IMG/VR virus record: IMGVR_UViG_3300042879_006196
Span: 248,001 to 312,000 of that record
DNA length: 64,000 nucleotides
Reading direction: 5' to 3' (one strand)
The position numbers were made by a program, and so were the translations under genes. Each line of letters begins with the position of its first letter. Positions within the stretch are counted from its first letter, which is position 1. The notes beneath the pieces are model-generated. The model was given only the letters and a program-made list of their open reading frames with translations, made no database searches and was not told where the DNA came from. Of this stretch, positions 21,332-30,984 are shown piece by piece.

Positions 21332-22417
21332 ATGATTCAACAAAATTTGAACGCCAAAATTATAAAACAGGTGTTTTACAATGCTTCATTGCAACCAGCA
21401 CAAGCAAGCACCATTGTTTTAACAGTTGAAAACTGCCATGTAAACGCTTTTGTTGAAGAGATCAACATTACTTTTGTCTCTGCAGACACAACCGCGAGTA
21501 GCATCACTTGCACATTGTTGGATAGAGGAAATGGTTACACTGGGCAAATTAATGGTTTTAACCCAATAACTTATACTCAAATAGGCTTGACAACAGCAGG
21601 CACAAATCAAAATTTAATTATTAATCCCGCAAACACACAAGTTAATGTTATGGTTAATGAGTCTGTACAGGACTCTGAAGGAATTGGAAACATTTATGTT
21701 CGTTTATCTAAACCTGCAGGTTTATTTAATGTAAGTTTTACTTTAGCTGTTACTTACAGACCTGAAATCACTTACAACATGAAACTGAACAATAGAAATC
21801 AGATTTCATCAGATAGACCACAGAGAGTGCTTTCTCAAACAGGAATTTTAACTTATGGTGATTTATCTACTGTAATGGTAGAGCAAACAAATTTCCAAGC
21901 AGATTATTTCAACCCAAGAAATAATGTTGATACCGCCACTTATGGCTTTGATGTCAATTCTACAAATCCAATTTTTTATTTTGGAACTCCATTCAAAACA
22001 AAAAGATGGTTTTTAGGATTTTCAAGTGATTGTACCCCTAATATAGGCGTAGTTACATTTTCTTACTTTAACGGCGCTAATTTTGTTGCTCTAGCTTCGA
22101 CTCAAGCGGCTATTGGATGTCAAGGTCCAGGAACATATAGATTTGCATATGATGGAGTTAATATATTTACACCTCCAGCAAACTGGTCAGCTGTTAAAAT
22201 GGATAATGATCCAAGAACAAAATACAATAATGTTATAATTGGTCTAGGGACTTTAGCCACAAATTCTACAATTAATAATCCTAATATGTATTGGATTCAA
22301 TGTCAAGTTGGGTTTGCCACAAATGATCCAGCAGTAAACCAAACAATAAAAATTTCTTCTATATGTCCTTTGATTGACCCAGACTTACCTTTAACAGTAA
22401 GAAGAAGGTTAATTTAG
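21332..22417 (+). CDS. hypothetical beta-rich protein, probably structural
   Basis: 361-aa N/T-rich ORF co-oriented with the next gene. Confidence 0.5.
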   Translation: MIQQNLNAKIIKQVFYNASLQPAQASTIVLTVENCHVNAFVEEINITFVSADTTASSITCTLLDRGNGYTGQINGFNPITYTQIGLTTAGTNQNLIINPANTQVNVMVNESVQDSEGIGNIYVRLSKPAGLFNVSFTLAVTYRPEITYNMKLNNRNQISSDRPQRVLSQTGILTYGDLSTVMVEQTNFQADYFNPRNNVDTATYGFDVNSTNPIFYFGTPFKTKRWFLGFSSDCTPNIGVVTFSYFNGANFVALASTQAAIGCQGPGTYRFAYDGVNIFTPPANWSAVKMDNDPRTKYNNVIIGLGTLATNSTINNPNMYWIQCQVGFATNDPAVNQTIKISSICPLIDPDLPLTVRRRLI

Positions 22418-22436
22418 GAATGTTTTAGAAATATAT

Positions 22437-22462
22437 AAAGAGCCCAAAAAGGTGGGCTCTTT
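22437..22462 (+). terminator. stem-loop AAAGAGCCCA-N6-TGGGCTCTTT (terminator or 5' stabiliser) abutting SD AAGGAG
   Basis: 10-bp perfect inverted repeat between genes; SD at 22464-22469. Confidence 0.6.
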
Positions 22463-22477
22463 AAAGGAGAAAAACTT

Positions 22478-23542
22478 ATGCCAAAATACCCATCAGGATA
22501 CTATGGAGTCTCTACAGGCTCAACATATAATAACGTTGTTACTCGAAGGCTTGCAATCAAAGACAGAGTTGCTTTTGCACAATCTTCTCGATTCGGTGGT
22601 CAATGGATCGAACCAAAAGGCGCACCAGTGCCTTACAATGGCACTATCATTGACGCTGTTGGAGCTATTCAACAGCTCGTTAACGAACTTAATTTGATTT
22701 CGCCAATTCTTCCAGATTTAGGCGAACCAGTCATTCTTAGCCAAGTTGGTTTGGCAACTAACATTCTTAGGAATAATGTTGGTGTTGCTGTTTCCTTCAT
22801 TGGTGATATGCAAGGCACAATTGGTACTGCTTTGAACATTGATGGTGTTGGTATTGGCACAAACACACGTGTATTGTTCTACGGTCTTACTACAGCAGCA
22901 TTAAATGGTGTTTATAATGTAAACTACAATAACCCTAACGTGTTGGCAACTGGTATCACAACTCTTAACGTGCCACTTTACACATTCTCAAGAGCTCAAG
23001 ATCTTAGATTTTGGTGGCAGTTCTGCAAACCAAAAGCTTTTGTCGTTGCTGGCGGAACAAACAACAGAGGTAGCGTATTCTCACTACAATCAGATGCTTG
23101 GGAATTAGGTAATGCTTTTGCTATTGCAACTGGTACAGCTGTTACACAGATTGCTGGTACATCAATTACATTCACTGCTACTAACTACAGTCCAAATTCG
23201 CCATCTGGTGTGAATGCTGCTATACTTGGTACAGTTGGTGCTGGTAATACTTCGGTTATTTCTCCAGCGTACAACCCATCTCTCAACCAAAACACAGGTG
23301 AGTATGACTTCTTATCACAAGCTTCTATGGCTAAATTTATCCACTTGAAGAACAGAGCACGAAGACTTGCTTATCATGTATTCAAACTCAGAGAAAATTA
23401 TACTCCATTTGTTTCTCAGTACCAAAACAATGTTATTACAGCAATTGGTGCAGGAAACACAGACAACAACATCGGATTCTCGATCGGAAACGACTTGCCA
23501 GCACAAGGACGTTACCCTTCTGGATTCAACCGAGGCTTCTAA
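22478..23542 (+). CDS. probable abundant virion protein
   Basis: Clear SD, higher GC than neighbours, flanking hairpins, and an IDGV.IG...RVL......NGVY.V motif seen in phage structural proteins (recall). Confidence 0.55.
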   Translation: MPKYPSGYYGVSTGSTYNNVVTRRLAIKDRVAFAQSSRFGGQWIEPKGAPVPYNGTIIDAVGAIQQLVNELNLISPILPDLGEPVILSQVGLATNILRNNVGVAVSFIGDMQGTIGTALNIDGVGIGTNTRVLFYGLTTAALNGVYNVNYNNPNVLATGITTLNVPLYTFSRAQDLRFWWQFCKPKAFVVAGGTNNRGSVFSLQSDAWELGNAFAIATGTAVTQIAGTSITFTATNYSPNSPSGVNAAILGTVGAGNTSVISPAYNPSLNQNTGEYDFLSQASMAKFIHLKNRARRLAYHVFKLRENYTPFVSQYQNNVITAIGAGNTDNNIGFSIGNDLPAQGRYPSGFNRGF

Positions 23543-23560
23543 ACCACCTCATATCACACA

Positions 23561-23588
23561 AAAAAGACCAGCTATGCTGGTCTTTTTT
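23561..23588. terminator. bidirectional rho-independent terminator
   Basis: AAAAAGACCAGC-TAT-GCTGGTCTTTTT with A/T tails on both sides, between convergent genes. Confidence 0.9.
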
Positions 23589-23603
23589 TTATATTTTATT
23601 AAT

Positions 23604-24482
23604 TTATTTTACTTCAAAAGAACTAATATCAATTGGAGGAAGGACAAATTCTCCATACTCTTCTGTTATAGCTGCCACTACCCATGCATCCTCAGATTTT
23701 GAAAATCCACGCACATCCATTCCAGATTGTAAACAAATTCTTTGTGCTAAATAAATTGGTGCAGCATAATAATTTTCGGTTTGTGCAAAATATACTAATC
23801 TGTCAAATAATTTATTTGTAGCTTTTTCATCTAAATAGTCATTTATTTCTTCATCAAAATCAGGCAAATCATCAATTGATTCAAATACTGCCCAGGCTTG
23901 CGGAAGTAAAAGTGCTTTTGAAAAATCCCGTTGTGCATCTTTTGCTAAAGCGTAAACAGAATTAGAAACAATTGCAATTCTTTCATCTTGCGAAATATAG
24001 TCTTTTACTTCTATTAAATTTGTTTCAGTGAGTTTTTTGTAATTTTCAAGCATCTCATTCAATTTTAAATTACAAAAACTAGTTTGTTTTTCTTCAGCTG
24101 CGCTTGAGAGTTCATAAAATGTATTCATTTCTTGATCAAGCGTGTCTAACCAATAATGACAATCTTCAACGCTTGTCACATAATATGATGAGTGCCATGT
24201 ATTTGGACAAGTAACACCTAATAGATCATCTTCTGAAATCTCAATAGTGAAGAAGCCATATATAGGATTTTCTAAATTTACAAACAGTTTACAAATCAAA
24301 TCACCATTAGAGTCAGAAATATCAGTGGGCAAAATTTGAAAAGGCAGTGTTTTTGATGGATCAATAAATCCATATTCTAATATTTTCTTGGCTAAATCTT
24401 GTGCAACTAGCACTTTATTTAAATTATTTGAGATCCAACTTTCAATTACTTTTTGTAAAATTAATGTTTCTTTAGCTTCCAT
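23604..24482 (-). CDS. hypothetical acidic protein
   Basis: Long ORF; start reassigned to ATG 24482 (MEAKE), 7 nt after TATAAT. Confidence 0.6.
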   Translation of the reverse strand: MEAKETLILQKVIESWISNNLNKVLVAQDLAKKILEYGFIDPSKTLPFQILPTDISDSNGDLICKLFVNLENPIYGFFTIEISEDDLLGVTCPNTWHSSYYVTSVEDCHYWLDTLDQEMNTFYELSSAAEEKQTSFCNLKLNEMLENYKKLTETNLIEVKDYISQDERIAIVSNSVYALAKDAQRDFSKALLLPQAWAVFESIDDLPDFDEEINDYLDEKATNKLFDRLVYFAQTENYYAAPIYLAQRICLQSGMDVRGFSKSEDAWVVAAITEEYGEFVLPPIDISSFEVK

Positions 24483-24498
24483 CTTACTAATTATACAA

Positions 24499-24798
24499 TT
24501 AATTTTCAATTATATAAGTTACATTGATTTTTGAGAGAGCATCACCTATCTTATGACAATGTGTTTTTGCACCTCTATAAACTACAGCACTGCCTTTTGT
24601 ATGTATTTCAAAAGCTTTATCATATGCTTCTTGATCAGACATTGGAACTACATTTTTGAATACATAAAAAACTAATTGGAAGGGAGTGGTATCATTATTA
24701 TAAACAATAATTTGATAACCGTCATCTAATGAAAAAATATCATCAATTAATGATTTTGAAACTTGTATTTCTTCAGCAATATTAGAATTAACACTCAC
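24499..24798 (-). CDS. clpS: ClpS-like Clp protease adaptor
   Basis: YQIIVYNNDTTPFQLV....A...A.EIH.KGSAVV matches the ClpS core; GTG 6 nt after TAGAAT. Confidence 0.8.
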   Translation of the reverse strand: MSVNSNIAEEIQVSKSLIDDIFSLDDGYQIIVYNNDTTPFQLVFYVFKNVVPMSDQEAYDKAFEIHTKGSAVVYRGAKTHCHKIGDALSKINVTYIIEN

Positions 24799-24826
24799 AA
24801 TATAATTCTACGATTCAAAATTAATT

Positions 24827-25465
24827 TTATTCAGCTCTTCTGACCATTTCGCCAGCATTATCATTAATTTCTTCCGTTAATTCTTCTTCAAAATCTTTAT
24901 CTGTAAGAATTCCTTCAGTCTGTCCCATCATCAAATCATAATTTTCTAATTCTTTTTCATATTCTTCTCTATTTTTAAAATAATAAGATATTAGATTTTC
25001 TGGGTTCAAAGGCTCTTTTTTTTCTTTTTTAAAATCGTCTACAACATGATCAACTAAAAAATTTATAAAAGTTTCTCTCAAGTCAGTGAAGAATTTTTCT
25101 TTGTCTTCATTATCTTCAGAATTTTCTTCATCTGATTCTTTGTTCATCCACAACACATACTCATGGAAGTCAGTGTCTTGTTTATCAATTTTTTTATCAG
25201 GGCAATTATCTTCAAGTTTCTGATTTATTTCTTCTAAATCAGATTGTGTAACATTATTTTTTTTGAATTTTTCAAAATACTCTTTAGTGTCAACACCAGC
25301 TTTTTCAAGCATAAGAAGTTTGGTTGGGATTTCTGAGTCTATCGTGGAAGATTTCAATGCTTTTGATTTTGAAAATTCAATCAAATAATTAGCTATTGAA
25401 TCTGCTTGATTAAATTTTTTCTCATCATCTAATTTATTAGCTAATTTAATTAATTCTGTTACCAC
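24827..25465 (-). CDS. hypothetical acidic protein with N-terminal IKLANKLD...ADSI motif
   Basis: 212-aa ORF. Confidence 0.6.
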   Translation of the reverse strand: MVTELIKLANKLDDEKKFNQADSIANYLIEFSKSKALKSSTIDSEIPTKLLMLEKAGVDTKEYFEKFKKNNVTQSDLEEINQKLEDNCPDKKIDKQDTDFHEYVLWMNKESDEENSEDNEDKEKFFTDLRETFINFLVDHVVDDFKKEKKEPLNPENLISYYFKNREEYEKELENYDLMMGQTEGILTDKDFEEELTEEINDNAGEMVRRAE

Positions 25466-25499
25466 ATTTAATATTTCATTGCCACTGTATAATATTCCT

Positions 25500-25931
25500 A
25501 TGAAACTGATTTCGCATAGAGGTAACTTAATAGGAGCAAAGACATGTTTGGAAAATCACCCAGATTCCATAAAACATGCATTAGAAAAAGGATTTGATTG
25601 TGAAATAGACGTATGGAAAAAACAAAACAAATTTTACTTAGGTCATGATTTTGCCCAATATCAAATTGATAGAGAATTCTTATTACAAGATAAACTATGG
25701 ATACATTGTAAAAATTTACAAGCATTAGTGGATTTGAAATCTGAAGCGAATGTTTTTTTCCACAATATAGACAGTTATACGCTTACATCTAAAGGCTATG
25801 TGTGGGCGTATCCAGGCTCAGAAGTTATAGAAGATTGTGTAAGAGTGCAGTTTGGTGTAGAAGATATTCCAGAAAATATTTATGGTATATGCTCAGATTG
25901 TGTTGAAGAGTATGCAAAATTAATCAACTAA
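25500..25931 (+). CDS. glycerophosphodiester phosphodiesterase-like (PLC-like) protein
   Basis: ISHRGN, DCEIDVW, LGHD, WIHCKN, GICSD; start reassigned to ATG 6 nt after TATAAT. Confidence 0.75.
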   Translation: MKLISHRGNLIGAKTCLENHPDSIKHALEKGFDCEIDVWKKQNKFYLGHDFAQYQIDREFLLQDKLWIHCKNLQALVDLKSEANVFFHNIDSYTLTSKGYVWAYPGSEVIEDCVRVQFGVEDIPENIYGICSDCVEEYAKLIN

Positions 25932-26243
25932 ATATTTATCGTTTTTAGATGAAGGTATTTTAACAACACAAGTGACACAATCTTCTAATGCTTCAAAATC
26001 AGTGGATTCACCTTTATTTATTTGAATAATGTCATTTGCTTGATAAATTGTGTCGTTCATTCTAGCTGAACCTGAAACAATTACTGTAATTTCATCTGAT
26101 AGCAAATGATAATGCTTATGGTCATAATCACCTTTTGTGTATCTTTTAATGCACACTTCAAAATTTTGTGATTTTTCAATTGAAGGATTGAAGTCACCAA
26201 CAAACCAACCACCAACAAAATCTTGCAAATTGTATTTTATCAT
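25920..26243 (-). CDS. cupin-domain protein
   Basis: GGWFVGDF.P, KHYH...DEIT, CV.VK.PS. Confidence 0.7.
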   Translation of the reverse strand: MIKYNLQDFVGGWFVGDFNPSIEKSQNFEVCIKRYTKGDYDHKHYHLLSDEITVIVSGSARMNDTIYQANDIIQINKGESTDFEALEDCVTCVVKIPSSKNDKYLVD

Positions 26244-27604
26244 TTTTTTGTAGACAAGAAATAATTTAAATCTTCAGGAGTACCAATTCCCCACATTTCA
26301 TCAACATTAAAAATTCCAATCTTTTTATCTTCTGCAATTGCTTCATTAAAAACAGGACAAATGTAAAATTCATTGTTTACTCTAATATCTTTTTCAATCA
26401 TTTTTTCTGCATACTTAACAAAATCAGATCCTTTTAACCACCAATAAATTCCTACTGTTGCAATATTGCTTATTGGTTTCTTTTCAGCCACTTCTGTGAC
26501 AAAACCTTCATTATCTATTTTGACAAAACTCCATTTTGGATGAGTTGCTTCAAAAGTTAAAATTGAGCCATCGAAATTATTATTTATGTTGTTCTTCATG
26601 AACTCAAACGCATCCCATTCAATATATTGGTCAGAATTTGCCATTAGAATAGGATTATCGTTATCAATAAATTCTTTTGCAAGTAACACTGTACATGCCG
26701 ATCCTTCTGTTAAGCCGTCAGTGGTTATTACTTCACATCCAGGAGCAATTTGATTCAAAAATTCTTTTAAAGAGTACTTTGCTATGTGTTCTTTTCTCAC
26801 GATAAAGATATATTTAGCTTCAATATTTAGTGTTTCTAAAACTAATTGTATCATTGGCTTCCCTTTTACTTCAATCAAAGGCTTAGGGAAGGTGTAGCCT
26901 GCCACTTCAAATCTTGATCCAGCTCCAGCCATAGGAATTACTACTGTAAGCTTAGAATTTTTATATTTTTGTTTTAATGATTTTATCACCAAGTTATCTA
27001 AATGATCCTTGATTTTTTCAAGCGTCACTTCTTTTGCATTTACCACTCTTAGCACTTCTGCATTTGTTGAAATGGCAGATTCATATCCAACCTTTGAATC
27101 TTCAATTATCAATGTGTTTGATGGATTACAATTGAGATCAATCATTGTTTTCAAATATATTTCAGCAGAAGGCTTAGGGTTATTTACATTTTCATTTGAT
27201 AAAATTAAATCAAAATATTCCAAAATCTGCATTTTTTCAAGAATGCTTTCAACGGTGCGGTGAATTGCATTTGAGGCACATGCTATTTTGTAACCTTCGT
27301 TTTTTAAAAATCTCAAAAGCTCAATCTTAGTTTCATCCACGCATATTTTTTCTCTGATAAAGTCAAATGTATAATCTTGTTTTTTATTCCAGATATTTTG
27401 TTTTGTCGTAGATTCTAAGTTATCTCTTTCACCAAGAATTTTTAATTTTGTCTTAGTGCTTCTTCCATTGAAGTCCAAATCATGTTCTTTTTTAGTTATT
27501 GAAATATTTGTAAAGTCATAATAAGCTTGTGCAAAAGTTTCAAAATGCATATCAGGCGTATCTACTAAAACACCATCCAAATCAAAAATCACAAGTTTTA
27601 TCAT
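26240..27604 (-). CDS. HAD phosphatase fused to a sugar nucleotidyltransferase
   Basis: N-terminal IFDLDGVLVD, KPSAE, EDS; C-terminal IPMAGAGSRF....PKPLI, NSDQ, EKKPIS, GTPEDL. Confidence 0.85.
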   Translation of the reverse strand: MIKLVIFDLDGVLVDTPDMHFETFAQAYYDFTNISITKKEHDLDFNGRSTKTKLKILGERDNLESTTKQNIWNKKQDYTFDFIREKICVDETKIELLRFLKNEGYKIACASNAIHRTVESILEKMQILEYFDLILSNENVNNPKPSAEIYLKTMIDLNCNPSNTLIIEDSKVGYESAISTNAEVLRVVNAKEVTLEKIKDHLDNLVIKSLKQKYKNSKLTVVIPMAGAGSRFEVAGYTFPKPLIEVKGKPMIQLVLETLNIEAKYIFIVRKEHIAKYSLKEFLNQIAPGCEVITTDGLTEGSACTVLLAKEFIDNDNPILMANSDQYIEWDAFEFMKNNINNNFDGSILTFEATHPKWSFVKIDNEGFVTEVAEKKPISNIATVGIYWWLKGSDFVKYAEKMIEKDIRVNNEFYICPVFNEAIAEDKKIGIFNVDEMWGIGTPEDLNYFLSTKK

Positions 27605-28566
27605 ATTGCATTTACTCTCCATTCAATCATTTCATCAATCATGCTTTCAAAACTGTATTCTGGTTGCCATCCTAATTCAGCTCTGATAGGGAAAGAATCA
27701 CCTTTTAAGACATTTAATTCTTCTGGTCTTAAAAATCTTTCATCTTGAGTAACATAATCTAAATAATTCATGTCTAGTTTGTTAAAAACATATTGTGTTA
27801 AATCTTTAACTGTTCTGCTTTCGCCAGTTGCAACAACGTAATCCTTAGGGGATGTATTCTGCATCATTAAATGCATAGCTTTTATATAATCTTTGGAATG
27901 TCCCCAGTCTCTAGCGGCGTCTAAATTACCTAACTTTAATTCTGATTTGATTCCTTTTTTAATTGTCACAGCCCCTTCCACAACTTTTGCTGTTACAAAA
28001 TTAGTTGCTCTTTGTGGGCTTTCATGATTGAATAAAACGCCTGAAACTATAAACATATCATAAGAATGTTTGTAATTCATTGCCAGATTGTGTGCTACTA
28101 ATTTTGAACAACCATATGGGCTAACTGGGTGCATTGGTGTGGTTATTCTTTGGAATCCATCTTCATCAATTGAATTACCGAACATTTCACTTGATGAAGC
28201 TTGATAAATTTTTATGTCTTTATCTATTACCCTCACTGCTTCTAAAATATTTAAAAAACCTTGAGCATTGACTTGGTTAGTGTATCCAGGCATGTCAAAA
28301 CTAATTCGTACATGCGATTGCGCTGCAAGGTTATAAATTTCATCTGGTCGGATTCTATTTATGAGGTTAAAAATACACATAGGGTCAGTTAAATCACCAT
28401 AATGCAATTTTAATTCTTCAAAATAACTATTCAATCTATAGCTTTGATTTTGTGGCACAGAATGTCTCCTTACAACTCCATGAACATCATATCCAAGGTC
28501 TAAGAGATGTCGCGCTAAATACGAACCATCTTGTCCAGAAATTCCTGTGATTAAAGCTTTTTTCAT
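27601..28566 (-). CDS. gmd: GDP-mannose 4,6-dehydratase
   Basis: ITGISGQDGSYLA, NLAAQSHV, YQASSSEMFG, SPYGCSK, FNHESP, LGNLDA.RDWGH. Confidence 0.96.
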   Translation of the reverse strand: MKKALITGISGQDGSYLARHLLDLGYDVHGVVRRHSVPQNQSYRLNSYFEELKLHYGDLTDPMCIFNLINRIRPDEIYNLAAQSHVRISFDMPGYTNQVNAQGFLNILEAVRVIDKDIKIYQASSSEMFGNSIDEDGFQRITTPMHPVSPYGCSKLVAHNLAMNYKHSYDMFIVSGVLFNHESPQRATNFVTAKVVEGAVTIKKGIKSELKLGNLDAARDWGHSKDYIKAMHLMMQNTSPKDYVVATGESRTVKDLTQYVFNKLDMNYLDYVTQDERFLRPEELNVLKGDSFPIRAELGWQPEYSFESMIDEMIEWRVNAI

Positions 28567-29465
28567 TTTCTTATTTGTTCATAATTTGTAACAAACCATT
28601 CAATTGATTCATTTATTGCATCTTCAAATGGTGTAAAAGTCAAATCTGGGATTAATTCTTTTAACCTTGAAATGTCTGTTGGTTTCCTGAATTGTCCATC
28701 GGGCTTAGATGAATCGTAAACAATGTTACCTTTAAACCCAAAAGCCTTTGCAATTGTATAAGCGCATTCCTCAATAGATATTTCATTTCCGTTAGAAACA
28801 ATTACAGAATCATAATCATGATCAATATTAGTTAGTTGTTTTGTGATTCTTGCTAAATCCTTGGAATAAATAAATTCTCTCAAGGGTTTGCCAGATCCCC
28901 AAATGACAAATTCAGTATTATTCTGTTTAGCCAAAAAACATTTGTGAATCATTCCAGGTAAAACATGAGAATTTTGAAGATTATAATAATCATTTAATCC
29001 AAAAACATTTGTTGGCACAATTGTGAAGTAATTATGTCCTAACTTTTTAGCCTCTATACAAAGATGTTGCATCATTCTTTTAGCATAAGCATAAGAATCA
29101 TTCGTGTAGTGAGGAGGACCCTCAAAAATATACTCTTCCTTTAATGGGTACTCTACTTTGTCTGGAAATACACAAGTAGAAGAAAAATTAATAAGTTTTT
29201 TTACATTTGTCTTAAGAGCAGCCTCAAAAACAATGTTATTCAAGTTACTATTTAACAAATAAAAGTCAATTTTATTGTTGTAATTACTTACAACTCCACC
29301 AACTTTAGCAGCTGTGTGTATTATTGTATCAATTTGATTTTCTGTTAAAAAATTTGAATAATCTTCTAAATTATTAATTCTTTTAGTGTAATCAATAGTT
29401 GAAATTTCTGCTTTGATTGCTGATCCTACCAATCCTTTATGTCCAGTGAGATTTATTTTAGGCAT
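28563..29465 (-). CDS. fcl: GDP-L-fucose synthase-like reductase/epimerase
   Basis: AAKVGG, SSTCVFP, YAYAKR, PTNVFG, SHVLPG, WGSG.PLREF, KPDGQ.RK. Confidence 0.9.
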   Translation of the reverse strand: MPKINLTGHKGLVGSAIKAEISTIDYTKRINNLEDYSNFLTENQIDTIIHTAAKVGGVVSNYNNKIDFYLLNSNLNNIVFEAALKTNVKKLINFSSTCVFPDKVEYPLKEEYIFEGPPHYTNDSYAYAKRMMQHLCIEAKKLGHNYFTIVPTNVFGLNDYYNLQNSHVLPGMIHKCFLAKQNNTEFVIWGSGKPLREFIYSKDLARITKQLTNIDHDYDSVIVSNGNEISIEECAYTIAKAFGFKGNIVYDSSKPDGQFRKPTDISRLKELIPDLTFTPFEDAINESIEWFVTNYEQIRK

Positions 29466-29473
29466 ATTAAAAA

Positions 29474-30172
29474 TTATACAATTTTTTTAACGTATGCAGT
29501 TGGACAAATGTAGTTTAGAGAAATAATTTCAATATTTTTGTCTTTGAAGAATCTGTCTACCCCTTCAGATTCAGACCATTTAGCGTAGCCATATTCATCA
29601 AAAATAACTAAGCCGCCAACTGAAACTCTATCCCATAGTGCGCACAATGTATCATAAGTTGGCTCACCTAGATCTAAATCTAAATATAAAAGAGAAATTT
29701 TAAAACCTGGGTTTTCCTCTACATATTTTAAAGCAGTTTTAGATATGTCTCCTTGAATTAATTCAAATTCATGTGGCAAAAAGCCATTTGATAAAATATT
29801 TGCCTCTAAATAGTTTTTGTAATTTTGCTCGTGTTTAAAGTTGCGCCCATTGAAAAGCTCGGACATTGCTTCTTTATCTACACTTTTTAAACTATTTATT
29901 AATTCTTCAGAATTGAACATGTCAAAACCAATAACTTTTTTACTGGTGTTCGGACATAAATATCTTTTTAATTTCAGAAAACTATATATACCAGATCCTT
30001 TGAAAACACCACATTCTACAATATCACCTGGGATATTTTTAACACTTTCGAACAATAAAGTACGTGCTAAAAGTTTACCAAATACTTTGACATCATCACT
30101 CATTATAAAGCTATTAAATCCATCATAAAGTGATTGTTCTGAAACAATAATTTCTATATTTTCTCTTTTCAT
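29474..30172 (-). CDS. TylF/MycF-family sugar O-methyltransferase
   Basis: GDIVECGVFKG, GFDMF, LLYLD.D..EPT, G.VIFDEY. Confidence 0.8.
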   Translation of the reverse strand: MKRENIEIIVSEQSLYDGFNSFIMSDDVKVFGKLLARTLLFESVKNIPGDIVECGVFKGSGIYSFLKLKRYLCPNTSKKVIGFDMFNSEELINSLKSVDKEAMSELFNGRNFKHEQNYKNYLEANILSNGFLPHEFELIQGDISKTALKYVEENPGFKISLLYLDLDLGEPTYDTLCALWDRVSVGGLVIFDEYGYAKWSESEGVDRFFKDKNIEIISLNYICPTAYVKKIV

Positions 30173-30173
30173 C

Positions 30174-30962
30174 TTATCCTTGATCCCTATCGGTGTGAAA
30201 ATACATTAAAGGTTTATTATTTGCAAAACACGATAAATTTCTTGCGCCAAATCTGATCCAATCAATGGAAATGTTTTTAAATATATTTCTTTCACTTTCT
30301 TTCATGTCTTCAGGGTATTCAAGCCTATATTGAATATCGCTTATTTTATACAAATTTTTAGAAATTAACCATGCTTGATAGCTTAATTGGTCGAACACCT
30401 CCCAATCACACTTAAAGAAAAAACCTTCATCATATTTTATGTCTTTAAAATATGATCCCAAATGCTGATCTACAAACCAAGGTATTGTATTCCAAACAGA
30501 ATACATTTTTTTGAATTTTTTCAGCTCTTCATTTTCTTTAAAAAACTTTGAACTTTGGTGTTGAATATTTATCAAGAAATCCACATCTGTAGGATAGCAA
30601 TATAAAACTTTGTCATTATAGAATCTCATGAATGATTCCTCAAACCCCGTATTTATAAATAAACTTTCAGAATCTACACACGCATATCCATAGTATTTTT
30701 GCATTTTATAAACTTCATGTAACCCATACATTTTTTTATATGTTACAGGGCTTCTGCTTGAATTTACATTTGGGCAAATTATAATTTGATGTGGGTTTAC
30801 TATTTCCTGGTAAAAATTTAATTTATTTTGCTCTTCTTCACTTACAACTATATATAAATCAATATCTGGCTTAATCAAATTGTAGCTCTCACATAGTTTT
30901 TTTAACCATTCAATTTTTGGAAAATGTATTGGAACAATAATTGCAAGGTTATTTCCATTCAT
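30174..30962 (-). CDS. hypothetical, possible GT-A glycosyltransferase
   Basis: AIIVPIH, ACVDSE; start reassigned to ATG 30962. Confidence 0.45.
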   Translation of the reverse strand: MNGNNLAIIVPIHFPKIEWLKKLCESYNLIKPDIDLYIVVSEEEQNKLNFYQEIVNPHQIIICPNVNSSRSPVTYKKMYGLHEVYKMQKYYGYACVDSESLFINTGFEESFMRFYNDKVLYCYPTDVDFLINIQHQSSKFFKENEELKKFKKMYSVWNTIPWFVDQHLGSYFKDIKYDEGFFFKCDWEVFDQLSYQAWLISKNLYKISDIQYRLEYPEDMKESERNIFKNISIDWIRFGARNLSCFANNKPLMYFHTDRDQG

Positions 30963-30968
30963 TTCTAA

Positions 30969-30978
30969 ATTGTACAAT
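30969..30978. promoter_or_regulatory. palindromic bidirectional -10 element ATTGTACAAT
   Basis: TACAAT is 6 nt from ATG 30985 (+) and 6 nt from ATG 30962 (-). Confidence 0.7.
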
Positions 30979-30984
30979 TAATGA

